Of a DNA stretch of 64,000 nucleotides, positions 50,885-63,880 are shown piece by piece (position 1 is the first letter of the stretch; each line of letters begins with the position of its first letter). Location of the stretch: positions 38,246,131 to 38,310,130 of the forward strand of contig NC_068987.1 in assembly GCF_001194135.2 (NCBI RefSeq), read 5' to 3'. The position numbers and the translations under genes are program-made. Source of the DNA: Octopus bimaculoides. Lineage: Eukaryota. The notes beneath the pieces are model-generated. The model had not been told where the DNA came from, ran no database searches, and was given only the letters and a program-made list of their open reading frames with translations.

Positions 50885-52009
50885 GCACAAACAAAATGCA
50901 AAATAGTGAATTTATTCAATTTATTTGTTGAATTCACACAGGCAACATAAGGAAAAGTAATGTATGTATTTCAGTTTAGTGTTTCCTCAGTGAGAAACTG
51001 GAAGGAGAAAGAGAAAGGGAATAAAAATAGTTTCAAATATTCATTGATATCCAACAATTCTGAAATAAATAAATAAAAATGTCATGGAAACACTCCTTAT
51101 GGTGAATAAAAATAATTCACTGAAACTTACCATTCACTACTTTATTTATGTATTGTATCAATAAGAAATGAATGTGTTACCTCACTAACAATGAGATGAA
51201 TGGTAAGTTGGATGAATGAGAAGAGTAGTTGTTGATTTTTGATTCATCATGTTTATTGTTAGACAACTGTATTGTATGTGACCATCCAATGAGGAATGAC
51301 AGTGTAACAACAGAAAGTTATATTCATGCAGTGGCCTGGTTGAACATTCCTGTAGTTATGTGTAAATGAGAAAAAGATACAGAAAGAGAAAAAAGATGAG
51401 TGAATGAATACAAGTGTTCCCTGCCATAATTTAATTTTTAAGTTTGTAGCAATTTCTCTTGCTTGTGTTACAGACTCTTCATGTCGACAGTTCTAATTAT
51501 GAAACAATATCTGATATTGAACTTTGCCAAACACATCTGTCTGGCCTCTGTTCTTCTGCCTTTTCAGTCTTTGGTCTGTTCTCTTTTTATACATTCCAGA
51601 ATAAATCTGATTCCACAAATTTGTTATGATGTAACGGATAATGCATATGTTGGAAGGTGAAGATGATGTTAATGCTGACTCCAAGAAAGAAAGACAAAGT
51701 TGTAGCTAACATATTTATTTCTACATTACATATAATAAAAGCCAAACCACGATGGGCAGGTGTGTATAAACAATCGGAAATCTAAGAAGTAATGAGAGCT
51801 ATATTTTCTTGTAAAAGGGTAGATCGCATTGGACTTACATATTCCCATATTCCCTGTCGTTCTAGCAGCAGTAACTAAATAGATCAAGTGATGTTGTTGA
51901 AACAAAAGTGAATGAGTGAGAAGGTAAGAGAGAGGTGGACAAGACAACTGTATCGCTAGTAGATTTCATAGCTCTACTTCTAAGATGTTCTGTCGAGACT
52001 CTGTCGGTT

Positions 52010-52290
52010 GCTCTCACCCGCTGCTTTTTCCTTACAAAATGCTAGTATTTATAATTGTGCAGGCTAGCTAGGAAAATAGATACACCGTTCTAACAATGGC
52101 TAAATTAATGTAGGTCAAACTTTGTTACCTAAACTTTCTATGATATAGCAATGTCTTGGTCAAACAGAAAACGCATTAATCAGCATTCACTTTTGACAGG
52201 ATAATAGGTCATATGGCTAGGGAAAACCTCAAGATTTAGTTTCAGATCTCAACTAGAGAGAGAAATTTGATTTCCACATCACCTCCTCCC
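52010..52290 (+). repeat. Unclassified repeat, copy 1 of a direct pair
   Basis: GTATTTATAATTGTGCAG..CTAGCTAGGAAAAT..TTTCAGATCTC..CTAG, shared with 54210-54470. Confidence 0.8.
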
Positions 52291-53149
52291 TAGTGAGTTT
52301 TTGAGAAATGAAAATCAAATGATATACATTATTATCTATGAAATCAGAAGTACAATGGCTTAATGCATTTTATGTATGCTAGGAAAGGTGCATTCATGTG
52401 TGCAATAAAATAAAACAAACATTTTCAAAGGGAGTGAAAGCAAATAGATGTTAAAACTGATGAAGCCGAAACAGAAAAAATGCAACATTTCAGGACCAAA
52501 GTGAAAAATCAACATTCAGAATTGTGTAATGTGTCAGTGTGGATGAATGTGATGCAAGGCTGAGGCAATGTGCTAGTACAGTGATTACAAATACAGTACT
52601 GAATATGCCAGTGACTGAGGCAGTGCTGAGTATGCTAGCAAAAGTGTAGCATGCTGACGCGTTGTAATGGACAAACAACTCCCTCCATTAAATACATAAT
52701 TGACAAAGGGTCTAATGAAGATAAGTTGTGTCTACACGGGCACAGAGGGCATGAGGAGCAAGTGAGAAAGGCATGGTGTGGTGCATGAGTGTAACAGTGT
52801 AATCATGCAGGTATATGTATGGACATTAGTAAAAACTTTCTTTTTATTTTGTTTTACAAACAAAATACAGAGCAGTGCATAAATGGGTCAGTGTGCAAGG
52901 AAAGAAACTGCAGACTTCAAAAATAGAACATGTAGCAGAGACCATGCAATAAACACAAGAGTACAATACATGCTCATGAAATGTGCAAGTGGCCAAAGAG
53001 ACAAGTACATAATAAAAAATATTGAACATTATAAAAAAACATATGCACATGAATTAGTTGCAGAAATGAGACATCCGACATGCATTGAGTCTGGAGAAGA
53101 GGTGCATACAAAGAAAGAGTTGTTGAGAGTCTATATATTCACAAAAGTC

Positions 53150-54206
53150 CATGAATAATGCAGGATCTGTATGTTGAAACAAGATGAAAAATGTGTGTCT
53201 GCTGAAAACATTGCGTGTGTGGGCTTCCGTATTTTCATCCAGCTAGTTTTAGGGCAGGTGGCTGTCAAAATGTTTCATTTATGATCTTCCATTGTCAGCA
53301 AGTTTTTTGGTAGCCCTGTGCATTGTAATGGAATGCATCACAGAGTGCGTCACATTATAGTGTGTTCTGTAGCAATTTGAACATGAGTTGTGGCTTGATG
53401 AAAGTGCATTTTGTGGCACTTAAGTAGTAACTGGGAAGAAGTTGACTGTGGAATCTTGGCAGAGAACTGTGAGATCTGATTGTCAGTGGATGGCACGTAG
53501 ATGGATTGAGACTGCACATTAAGTTGATAAGGGTGCATATTGATGCTGACAAAGGTTGTCATTCTTTTCTTTGGGTATAATGATTGTTGAAGCAAAGGCT
53601 GTATTTATTTAGTTTGGATATAATGGTTGTGTGACACCTCCTGTCAAATATAACAGTTGAAGTGAAGGCTGTGGTTCTTTAACTAGGGGTCACCAGATGT
53701 AATATAGGTGTTGCCAAATGAACCGACCAGGGATTTAATGTGTTAGTGAACCTTGGCTTTTTGGCATGTGACACAGCTCCTGGCCCTTTCATGGATGTCT
53801 TTGTTGACACTGGCCCAAACAAAGTGGGTCGATATCAGCTTTTGCATGAAATGGATACCAGGATGTGACAGGGAATGCAGGGCAGAGAACACATCATTCT
53901 GTGGTACATAAATACATTCATGCCTGGTGGAATATCACACCAAATATGGCCTGTGGGAAAAGGTATCGAAACTTACTGAAATTTTAGAGATGATAAATTT
54001 CGGTCCTTTAGGAGTTCTTCATTATTTTTCTGGTCAGCTGCTATAGATTGGAGATCAATATTGGCAGTGGTGTGGATTGAATTGAGCTGCACATGTGACA
54101 GTGCATCGGCTGCTGAGCTGGTCGAACCCTTGATGTGACATATGTCTGTAATATATTGTGACATGAAGTCAAGATGGCGATCAGGTTTTGTATTGAGTGC
54201 ATACAC
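53150..54206 (-). mobile_element. Second Ty3/Gypsy remnant (RNase H end, integrase zinc finger; CsRn1-like)
   Basis: YALNTKPD..RHLDFMSQYITDICHIKG..ADALS, then LHSLSHPGI..FVW..CVTCQKAKVH. The lower boundary is uncertain. Confidence 0.8.
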
Positions 54207-54209
54207 CAG

Positions 54210-54470
54210 TGGTTTTTTCCTGGAGAATTCTGGTATTTATAATTGTGCAGACTAGCTAGGAAAATGGGTATACTGTTCTAACAATAGCTAAATTAATGTA
54301 TGTTGAACTTTGTTTACCTAAACTTTCTTTGATATAGCAATGTCATGAGTCAAACAGAAAACACATTAACCAGGACAATAGGCCATATGACTAGGAAGAA
54401 TCTCTAGACTCAGTTTCAGATCTCGACTAGGGAGACAAATTCAATTTCCACAATGTCATCACTAGAAAAT
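54210..54470 (+). repeat. Unclassified repeat, copy 2 of a direct pair
   Basis: See 52010-52290; it truncates the Gypsy RNase H coding sequence. Confidence 0.8.
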
Positions 54471-55319
54471 CTGTTAGTTGTTTACATATAATTTTATTGA
54501 CTAGATTTTTGCTGATATCATTACTCAATCTGCCAAAATTTTGGTGGTTGTTTACAAATAAATTCTTGATCAGAAGCAAAATGATGTCTGCAGATTTGAA
54601 CCAAACTGTAAACTTACTACACTATAAGGAAGTTTTGGCTAAAGTTTTCAACTTAAATGTCATGTTTATATTATGGACAAAATTATCACAAATAATTCCC
54701 TTTGACATTCATCGTCTACCACACATATTACTAACATACAAACACATTCACAAATGTGAGCTTTTATGTAGTTACTTGACCTGCTAGAAATAGCAGTCAA
54801 GTTTCAGTTAGCCAGAATGACACCATAATGATGAAAACAGAATCATGATTATATAAAGTGCAACTATATAAAGTATTATGTACATTAAATATACACATGT
54901 TTATATGAATAATGCAATAAAATCAAATTAAATATTTTACATTGAATTTTCATATATATATATATATATATATAAAGCAATAAAATTACAGGGAAAGTTA
55001 TTTTCATATATATCAAACCAAAAAATAATCTTTTTTTATATATATGATATTGATTAAATATAGTTAAAAATATTTTGAATTTTCAAATAATGTAAGAAGG
55101 AAATATTGTTTGTTGAATTGAATATTTGTAGCAAAATTTTATTTTCTAAGCACAGATTTACTATTTATGAAATAAAAAATGAAAAATGCCAATGTTGCAT
55201 GCAGCCAGAGCATGTAAGGCAAAGGTACAACTTAGGTTTTATAATTTTTCTTTTTCTGTCTATTGTAATTGCACTTTATTCAAGTATATCTTATTCAATG
55301 AATGACTAAATATGAATGA

Positions 55320-57480
55320 GCAATGGCAGCAAGGAGACAGAGAGTGAACAAAACAAAAGAGGAAAGTGCAGCTTGACATAGATAAGCATGAGAAAGACTT
55401 TCTCAAGAGCAGTGAGAATGCATTTGGCTCAAAATACTGAACAACATACAGTGGCTCAGCAACAATTTTTTTGAAAACAGTTCAAATGAATTTTAGCTCA
55501 AAAGGCTGAACAGCATAGAGTAGCATAACAACAGCTTTCTCAAGCAATGAGAAGAGGTACTTAAACAAGATTCTGAGCAGCAACATCCAGTACACCAGCA
55601 ACAAGGACAGTACTTAATAGCCTAAGAGTGTTTTAATCATCAAAACATACAAAGAATCTTGAGTGTTGCAAGAAAGCATGGCCTACACTCATATCTAGAG
55701 TAACCTGTCATAATTGCAGCCATTGTAATACACTAATGTCCCTGGAAGAGCACACTAGAGAAACATTGGCCTATCCTGATTTGATAACTTGTTGTAGCTC
55801 CAGCTTAATCTATATTCCAGAGGTACCAGATTTACTTGAACTACATCAATTGTATTGTTCATACTAGCTTCACCTGAAGCAAAATATTTCCGAGGAATAC
55901 TCAGAGGTTCAACAGCGCTCTTTGGTTATGTGTAGCATGAAAATAAATAAGAATTATGGATGCTAGAGACCATTTCACTTAAAGAATTCATAGTTTCTTC
56001 CTTTTTTTCCTCTTTTTTTGTAGTATTTATGGATGTATCATCCTGTCTGAAAGATTACTTCTATGATACAGAAGAACAAATTTCGATGCTGCTATTTTCC
56101 ATTTGCATCATTATGCTATAGTTTCAGCTTGTAACATTTAATTTATAATCATTCCTGCCTGCTCAAGAACAGATTGACTCTGGTACAATACTGGAAAATG
56201 TTTCTGTCTGATTACAAGCTGACAAAAGTCCTGATGGGAAACACACTCAAAGATTCAACTTCTGTACGTAGATTGAGATTGTTGTATTGATGCCTGGTAG
56301 TGACAAGGAATCTCATGAAACTGGTAAAATGCTAGCAGGCAAGTACCCAGCAAAGAACCATTAGAAAAAGTTTTCAAATATTTAACAAATCTCTTTGAAT
56401 CTGTGATCCCTATGATATCCTTTTACCTGGTGGTTTAACTGGTTGGTATTTTGGGATACTAAACCAAAGAGGCAATAGAAAAACGGCATATCTTTAATTT
56501 TATTCTTTTCAGATAATGAAGAGAGCTGAATCAATGATACATTGCATCAAACACCATTTATTCCAATAGTTTTGGGTAGACTACTGAGTCAAAGTCTAGT
56601 TTGATTGCTTGTAGTATATTTGAAACTATCAATGGGTCCTACAAGCAAACTTATATAACAGTCTGGCAGATGCTGTTTCACAGGTGATACTTACTGGACT
56701 GGAAGATCATATATTCTCCCAAACACATTTACAGGTAGTCTGAAATATATGGCAAAGATGTGATAGCTATCATAAAATTAAAGAACAAATATTGTTTGTG
56801 GCATTTATCTGCAACCCAAAATAAGAAAATACAAGAAAACTCAATGCAGATCAATCCACCATAGATCATCCTAAAAAAAAAAAAACCATACATGTTTTCA
56901 AGCTGAAATGGTAGCAACTTCTACAAGATTTCAAATATGGTGTTGTGGCAAAATTAATGTCCCATCTGAGCTCAACTGAATTCCAAAAAAAAAGCAGTTT
57001 ACCTAATTTTCAACTCCAACAATTGGCAAGAAATTGAAAAAGTTCTCTCTGCTGAGCTTCTCAATTCAAAATAATGCATGCACACAGTTGGTCTTTGTAG
57101 ATTGGTAAAGAAATACAAGGACTAACTTCATTTTGCAGGTTTTGTTTATAAATGTTAAGTGATGAGGACTTGTTCACTGCATCCTCAGTGAAGTCCTACT
57201 GAAGGAAGTCATACTTCTATTGTGAGGGCTGGAAACAGTGACATTGAGGAAGGTAATCAACACCTAGGTCCCTACAATGCTTGGTTGTTTCAAAAATATG
57301 AAGTCCACATCAATGTTGAGTGATGCATATCTGTTAAAATTGTCAAATATCTATATAAATACAGTCAAAGATACAGATCGTTTTACTATCTTGGAAGAAA
57401 CAGAATGTAAATAATGTAAACCATCAAGATGTGATCATACACACAAGCATATCCATGCAAGTAAGCTTACAACTATAGTA
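55320..57480 (+). mobile_element. Helitron Rep-domain remnant
   Basis: QADKSPDGKHTQRFN..ILPNTFTGS..FICNPK..VFKLK..TEFQKK(RGLPH decayed)..PYNAWLFQKYEVHINVE*CISVKIVKYLYKY; many stops and indels. Confidence 0.8.
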
Positions 57481-57519
57481 AGGAGAAGGTGATGGGAAGA
57501 GTATGACATGCAATTAACA

Positions 57520-58080
57520 TCACAAATTACCCAATCTAAACATTAAAATCACAGAATACCATATACCACAAAGGTTACTCTTTAATTTTGTCCAAAACAA
57601 AATTGAAAGACACTATGGAAACCACTACAAAATTCAAATTCATCAACCATAGCTATCATAATATAAGCATCCATGAAATATTTACAAATTTCCCAAAAGC
57701 ACATACCTCTTTCTAATGAAAGAAACAGACTTCACCAAACAACAATTAACTTTAATGAGATTAACAAATAAATTCAATAAATGAACAACATGTTTCTCCA
57801 TAAACCCCAAAAATATAATGATATAAACACCCGAACAAATTCAACAAGAGTAAACATTAGACCACAAAAAACTCCCCCAAAAAACTCAGATAATTAAGTA
57901 GCAGAAAAATGACTGCCAATTAGCAGATGCAAAATAAAAAAAAACAACTAATCATCAGACACAAGCAAGAGATCACATTGACACCATCAAATATAATTCA
58001 GCAACAACACTCAGCTGTAACAGTTTCCACTTGAAGATTTCACCAACATGAAATCTGAATCACAAGACAAAATATTTAGT
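57520..58080 (+). mobile_element. Probable PLE remnant (RT C-terminus to GIY-YIG)
   Basis: A-rich decayed coding-like tract with CSRKMTCQL-like and SNNTQL-like motifs; heavily degenerate. Confidence 0.4.
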
Positions 58081-58249
58081 TTAATGAAACTTTGTGTGTG
58101 TGGAAAAAGAGAGAGAGAGAGAGGGAGAAAGAGTAAAACATTGAATGGTTTCGCAGGGAATATAACAAATGCATAATTATATTTACTATAAGTACATGTG
58201 TATCTCTACATTTTTCCACCTGTTGTCTTTTGACCTAGCCAGTGTAAAT

Positions 58250-58680
58250 CATCATCATCTTTTAACGTCCACTCTCAGTGCTGGCATGGGTTAGATAGTT
58301 TGACTGAGCTGATAAGCTGGAGAGCTGAACCAGGTTCCAGTCTGATTTGGCATGGTTTCTACAGTTGGATGCCCTTCCTAATGCCAATCACTCCTGGGGT
58401 GTAATGGGTACTTTAATGTGCCACTGGCATGGGTGCCATTTACATGACAACAGCAATGACTACGATTCACAGGTGCTACTTACATAGCACCATCAATGAC
58501 CATGACTACATCTAAGATTCACGGGAGCCATTTACAAGGCACTGGTGATGATCCAACTCCAATTTCATGGGTGCCATTTACATAGTGCCAGCAATGGCCA
58601 TGACTACAATTTCACAGTTGCCATTTACATGACACCAGCACAGCCATGACTATGATTTCACTTGGCCTGATGAGTCCTCT
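58250..58680 (-). mobile_element. RTE-related SINE-like repeat with internal ~45-50-bp tandem units
   Basis: (CAT)n tail with TTTAACGTCCAC, GGATGCCCTTCCTAATGCCAA motif, and five imperfect GGTGCCATTTACAT..GACTA..TTCAC units at 58430-58670. Confidence 0.65.
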
Positions 58681-59989
58681 CACTATACGTGGCAGTGTAA
58701 TTATTCTAAGCTATATAAAATAGTGATATAAATCAGATTTAACAATGATTCATATGTTATAGGAAAACATGGCAGTTTATAGACTAATATCAAAAGCAGA
58801 ATTTTGTATGTTAAACATGTAAGTTTATCAAGGCAAATTTAAATCAGCTAATGATACATGAGGTTTTGAAATGACATTTATGAGGGCAAAGCTTTACATC
58901 TGGTTATTGATACAATGTCATTTTAAAAAGGAGAATGAACATAATTTTAGGAAATGACAGATTTATTCAGCTTAACATGGGTCTTGTCTTGAGATTAACT
59001 GAATGAGTTTGTTATAGCAACAGATAGAGTGGTGTAACTTTGAATGTTTAAGTTGCAAAATGGCTTATGGCCCCAACAACCTTAGCTGGGAAATGGCTGG
59101 TAAAGTATAAGCTGTGGTACCTTGTAAACTGTAATGGCTGTTGAAGCTGCTAAAAGGCCTGTAGCTTTAAATTGTACTTCCATTTATGTTTCAACATTCA
59201 TGAAACTTGTTGAAGTTGGTTTAACCTACTCAAGGAAAATGAAAGATGTGAACTATGTACTCTGAAATAAGTGTGTCATGGGTGAGCTGCATAGCTACTG
59301 TTGATAATTGGTATGTTAGCGTGACTACCTAAAGGTCAGTCAGTCAGAAGCGTTATGGTAGGGGTCTGTGAAGTAGCTAGATCCATTGAGGCAGGGCTCT
59401 GGGGAGAAGAAGCAGTCTTTAGAAGAACCCAAGAGCAAATTAACTCTTTCTTTTACAAAACTCTGCACTGAGAATGGTCTTTTGCCTGGTGTGGTCTATT
59501 ATATATATATATATATATAATCTTTACTTCCATAGCAGCCTTAGTACAGAATATTCAATGGAGAACATGGGTTGTTCTAATTCACACTGCGAAATGTTAT
59601 TGCAAGTAATTTTAATTGAAAAAAAAGCTACCATTTTTTAAGCAATAAAGTAAGCAAGGACTTTCACTATGGCCTCACTAACAAATCGGTTGATATAATG
59701 CCGCTTCTGATTTCTGATGTCATCAAATAGGTGTATTGTCAGTATGAAATAAATCGAAAACCAAATATGTTGGTGAGAGTTTGTATCATTTGACTGTCGC
59801 AAATAGTCAACTCTCTTTAATATTGTAATTTGTTACAACCCTCCACGCATACATACTCACATACAAACATGTATGTGTGTGTTTGTATATATATATATAC
59901 ACTACCTGTGACCCGTTGGGTCACCGGGAAACTCTGAGTTTCCCAGCAATGGAGTTTTGTTTCGTGGTTTTTTTTTTTTTCTTCCCCAG

Positions 59990-60058
59990 GTTATTTCTCA
60001 TGCTTTCAACAAATGTGACACTGAAATCACATATAAACAGCTCCTTTCCCCAGAAAGG
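59990..60058 (+). CDS. Candidate 69-nt exon (VISHAFNKCDTEITYKQLLSPER in phase 0), possibly repeat-derived
   Basis: Poly-T acceptor ...CTTCCCCAG and donor AGG|GTAAGA, length divisible by 3, two open frames. The 3' part resembles a dispersed repeat (GATTT..GCTGCTATTTCT). Confidence 0.25.
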
Positions 60059-62429
60059 GTAAGATTTTTGCTGCTATTTCTTGCNNNNNNNNNNTGAATG
60101 CACTTGAAAATAACCCATGGAAAAATCTGTTTCACACTGAGGTTATGACCGGGTCTTTTACAAAATATTTACTGTATTTTAAAGTCATTTTTACTTTAAA
60201 CTATTTTTTTAAATATGCCAAAAAAATTTTTTGTGATGGTATTCACTTGAAAATAATTTTGAAAAAACATTAAATTATTTGTCTGTTTAAAGAAAGCTAA
60301 AATATAAATACTTGCTGTACAAACAGCTTATATTTTTGAAATGACATTCATTTAAAAATATTTCTAAATGATTAAAATATTGTGTTTACCAAAAGTGAAA
60401 ATAGATACATTTACTGTAAAAAGCTTGTATTTTTTCATTGTCAAGTCACTGTCTAATAGAAAGATAAGAGTTTCTTCCCTTTGAGGATGAAGATTATTTT
60501 AGGAATATTTTCCCATTATGCACTGTTTTGGGTATTTATACCTGAAAACCTCTAATATCTTTAAAACTGCTTGTCTGATTTATGTGAAACTTGTTTTATT
60601 CTGTTCCTATTAGCATTTCAGGGTAAACCTAATTCATATCATATTATGCGCCAGTTTGGCTGAGTAACATAGCAAGAATACAAGCAAGATTCAAACTGAC
60701 TTGTGATGTATTATAGATACATATATACAGACACATACACACAAATATATATGTGTGTGTTTATGCTAATGTTATTCGAAACATTAGTGTTTATGTTGTA
60801 TCTGTTTATGTCTTATAACTTAGCAGTGTTACAAATATTGCTAACAAATTTAGCTGGCTGAAGTAGTGCTGAGATCGATATGATCAGCTAAGCCATTGAC
60901 TAAAACCAAGAAATAAATAAATGAGCAAAAGAATAAATTCTTTGACAATTATGAAAGAATCATTTTCCAATACAGTTAACAGCATGTTATTATAAACCTC
61001 AGCAGGACATGCCAAACAGAATGTATTTGCCATAGTCTTCTTACTATTCTGGAATATTTTTCCTTTTAATAATCTGACATTTTCTCACACAGAACGTATT
61101 GGAAATAAATTTCTTCAATATTTTCTGTGACTCAGATTAAAAAAACAAAACATAATACCTGATCTGCAATGTTGGTAAGTAGTTCATTCAAAGTTAAGCT
61201 AGGTAAATGGAGAAAAATGTTAATATTATATAAAATATGTTGCAAGATGTCATGTCTTCACCTGTTACAGAACCTTCAAATCTTTTAAGCTTAAACAGGT
61301 GTAGTCATCTTGAAAGTTGCATCTTTTCTGAAAAATAACTTTCAGACATAAGATATATAAATAACTATTTAAAATTTAAACTTATTAATGAGAAAATTAA
61401 AATCAACAATATAGTAATTTTTAGCAATTTGAAAACTAAAATCTCCTTGGATAATTATTCAAATATAGAATAAGCAATCCTTTGAAATGTTTGCATTGGC
61501 ACCTCATCTGGCAAAAAGCCAAACAACATAAAATACCATTTTCATTGGCAATCACATAAGTATTAATAGTAGCTAGAAAATGAAAAGAAACTATAAAAGG
61601 CTAAAATTATCACAGGTAATAAAAACAACACAGATGGTTATTGTATGGCTAGTGTAATATAAATTAGGATAAATCAAAGCAATTTGGTTGTATGCCAGGC
61701 AGCATGATTACTAATGCCAAATCCTACACAACACAAGTACAAGGGAAATACAGAGTTAAAAAGAAATCCCAGACTATGTTTTATAGTTGAAAAGTTAAAG
61801 AAAGCAAAATTCATGGTTATAAAAGATAAATCTTGAGCAATGAAAATATATCTAAAATGAATGACTTATGAAAAGTCAATATAAGAGAAAACTTAATGTA
61901 AACCAAAGATAGCTTTAGATTATAAGATTTTAAATTCTTCCAGATTTAACCTTACCAAGTAAATATTACACATTGATCTGAAGCATTTATTGTTCTTAAT
62001 AAATTCAAATGAAAAATTCTTTAAGGAAATGCTAATAGCAAAAATAATCAAGTTTAAGTATCACATTAAATTTAGATGTCACATACCAAAATAGAAGAAA
62101 TTTTTTAGTTTATATTTAAGTTGAACTTCAGGTAACTGATTAGTTTTTTATCTTCCCTTGTGTAGATAAAATGAATATCCAGCTAAGCTCTGGGACTGAT
62201 TTAGTTCACTTTACTCACCCATTACTGGTGAGGGAAGTTAATGATAGAAATCATCATCATTATTATTATTATTATTATAGATGCCAATCAAAATGTCTTA
62301 CTGTATTTAGTAGGTCCCTTTGTGTTCTGAGTTCAAATCCAGTCTTCTGTACCTTTCATCCCTCCAGAGTTGACAGCATAAGCACTAATAAATTATCCAG
62401 GTTAATATAATTGTCTATTCTTTCTCCAC

Positions 62430-62700
62430 AAAATTCTAGCATTGTGTTTATGCCAGGCCAAATTCGCAACTGCTAGGGAGTTGATCAAGCTATCTGAGAA
62501 ACATGCTAAATTCGGATGCCAAATAAACTTTCTTAAACACTGCCTAAAAAACAACATAATTCCCAACACCATTAGGAAGATACATCTATCCTCATGTTTC
62601 CACAGACTTGCGCTTAGATGATCACTGAAATACATACATACGTTTGTCATCAGAAAAATCATACACCATCTACACCACCAACTACATAAGCACATATGCA
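62430..62700 (+). mobile_element. PLE ORF N-terminal fragment
   Basis: ARELIKLSEKHAKFGCQINFLKHCLKNNIIPNTIRKI resembles PLE N-terminal motifs (FL..CL...IIP). Confidence 0.55.
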
Positions 62701-62934
62701 AATTTTCTGAAATAATATATCCCCTTGTTTGTATTATAGTGCATTGTTGTACCTTTTAAAACTTTTTTTTCTTTACAAACAATCAACAAAGCTTCAAGCG
62801 AACTTCAATACTCCCATATATATATATATATATANNNNNNNNNNNNNNNNNNNNNNNNNNNNNNNNNNNNNNNNNNNNNGATCTCATTCATTCTTTTGTT
62901 GTCATATTATTATTATTAATATATATATATATAT

Positions 62935-63880
62935 ATATCTGCTTCCCCTCTGGCTAAGTAAACCTGTCTCCTAGCTTCCCTTCTAGCAGTCTGATACAAT
63001 TCCCTGCTACCTCCGTTCTTCCAGTGCTTCCAAGCCTGTTTCTTTTGTCTAATAGCCCTGTCAACCACATTGTTCCACCACCACATTACTTTGGGTCAAG
63101 AGGGGACTTTACACCAGCCACAGATCTGGTCAGTGGCTCTCAGCAGGTTGTCCCGTAGAAACCTACAGTTGTTTTCCCATTCTATTTCGTCAAATGCTTC
63201 AAGTAGTATGTCTCTAAATCTCTGTCCATTTGCAGGATCTTTAAGCTTCCACACCCTTCTCCTCCAAGCCAGTCTACTTCTGGGCATCTTTTTTGCCTTG
63301 ATCCCGAAGTCGCTAACTATTAATCTGTGTTGAGTGGTACATTCTTCGCCAGGGAAGGTTTTGGCATTTATAAGCCGCCCTCTTTCCCTATTTCTGGCGA
63401 GGATGTAGTCAATTTGGCCAGAGTGTCTGCTGGAATGGTAGGTGACTAGGTGACAGGCAGGTTTCCTGAAGTTGGTATTGCAAACCATAAGATTGTTTGC
63501 ATAACAGAACTCCAGCAGTCTGGTTCCCTCCTCATTGTGGGAACCAAAGCCATAGCCTCCATGAATGCCATGGAAGCCCCCTGCATGACGTCCAACATGA
63601 CCATTGAAACCACCAGCCACAAAGAGAAGGTCCCTGTCACATGTCGACGAGGTAGTTTGCAAGAGGGTGTCATAGAATTGGTCTTTCTGCCTATCCAGTA
63701 GCCCCAGTTGAGGGGCATTTGCTGAGATGACGGTAGCTAACCTATGATGAAGCACTAGTCTAATCTTAAGTACTCTGTCATATTCTGACTACCTCGATTA
63801 CCTTATCAACCCCTTTCTCTGCTAGGAGTATTCCCACGCCCCCGACCCCGTCAGTGTTCCCTGCCCAGAAAATCTTGTAC
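62935..63880 (-). mobile_element. RTE endonuclease and linker (inverted segment)
   Basis: YKIFWAGNTDGVGGVGILLAEK..VISANAPQ..AGGFNGHVG..NEEGTRLLEF..NTNFRK..QIDYIL..QHRLIVSDF..GSRELYQTARREARRQVYLARGEA. Confidence 0.92.

Noticed and set aside
51474-51660. Splicing 24008 to 51474 to give a 77-aa protein
   Set aside because: Phase compatibility is a one-in-three chance, several other acceptors (e.g. ~26428) fit equally well, and no family resemblance was recognised.
62212-62240. 6-nt microexon TAATGG on minus
   Set aside because: The splice-like signals coincide with a small CTCACC/GGTGAG palindrome and the branch distance is short; likely chance.
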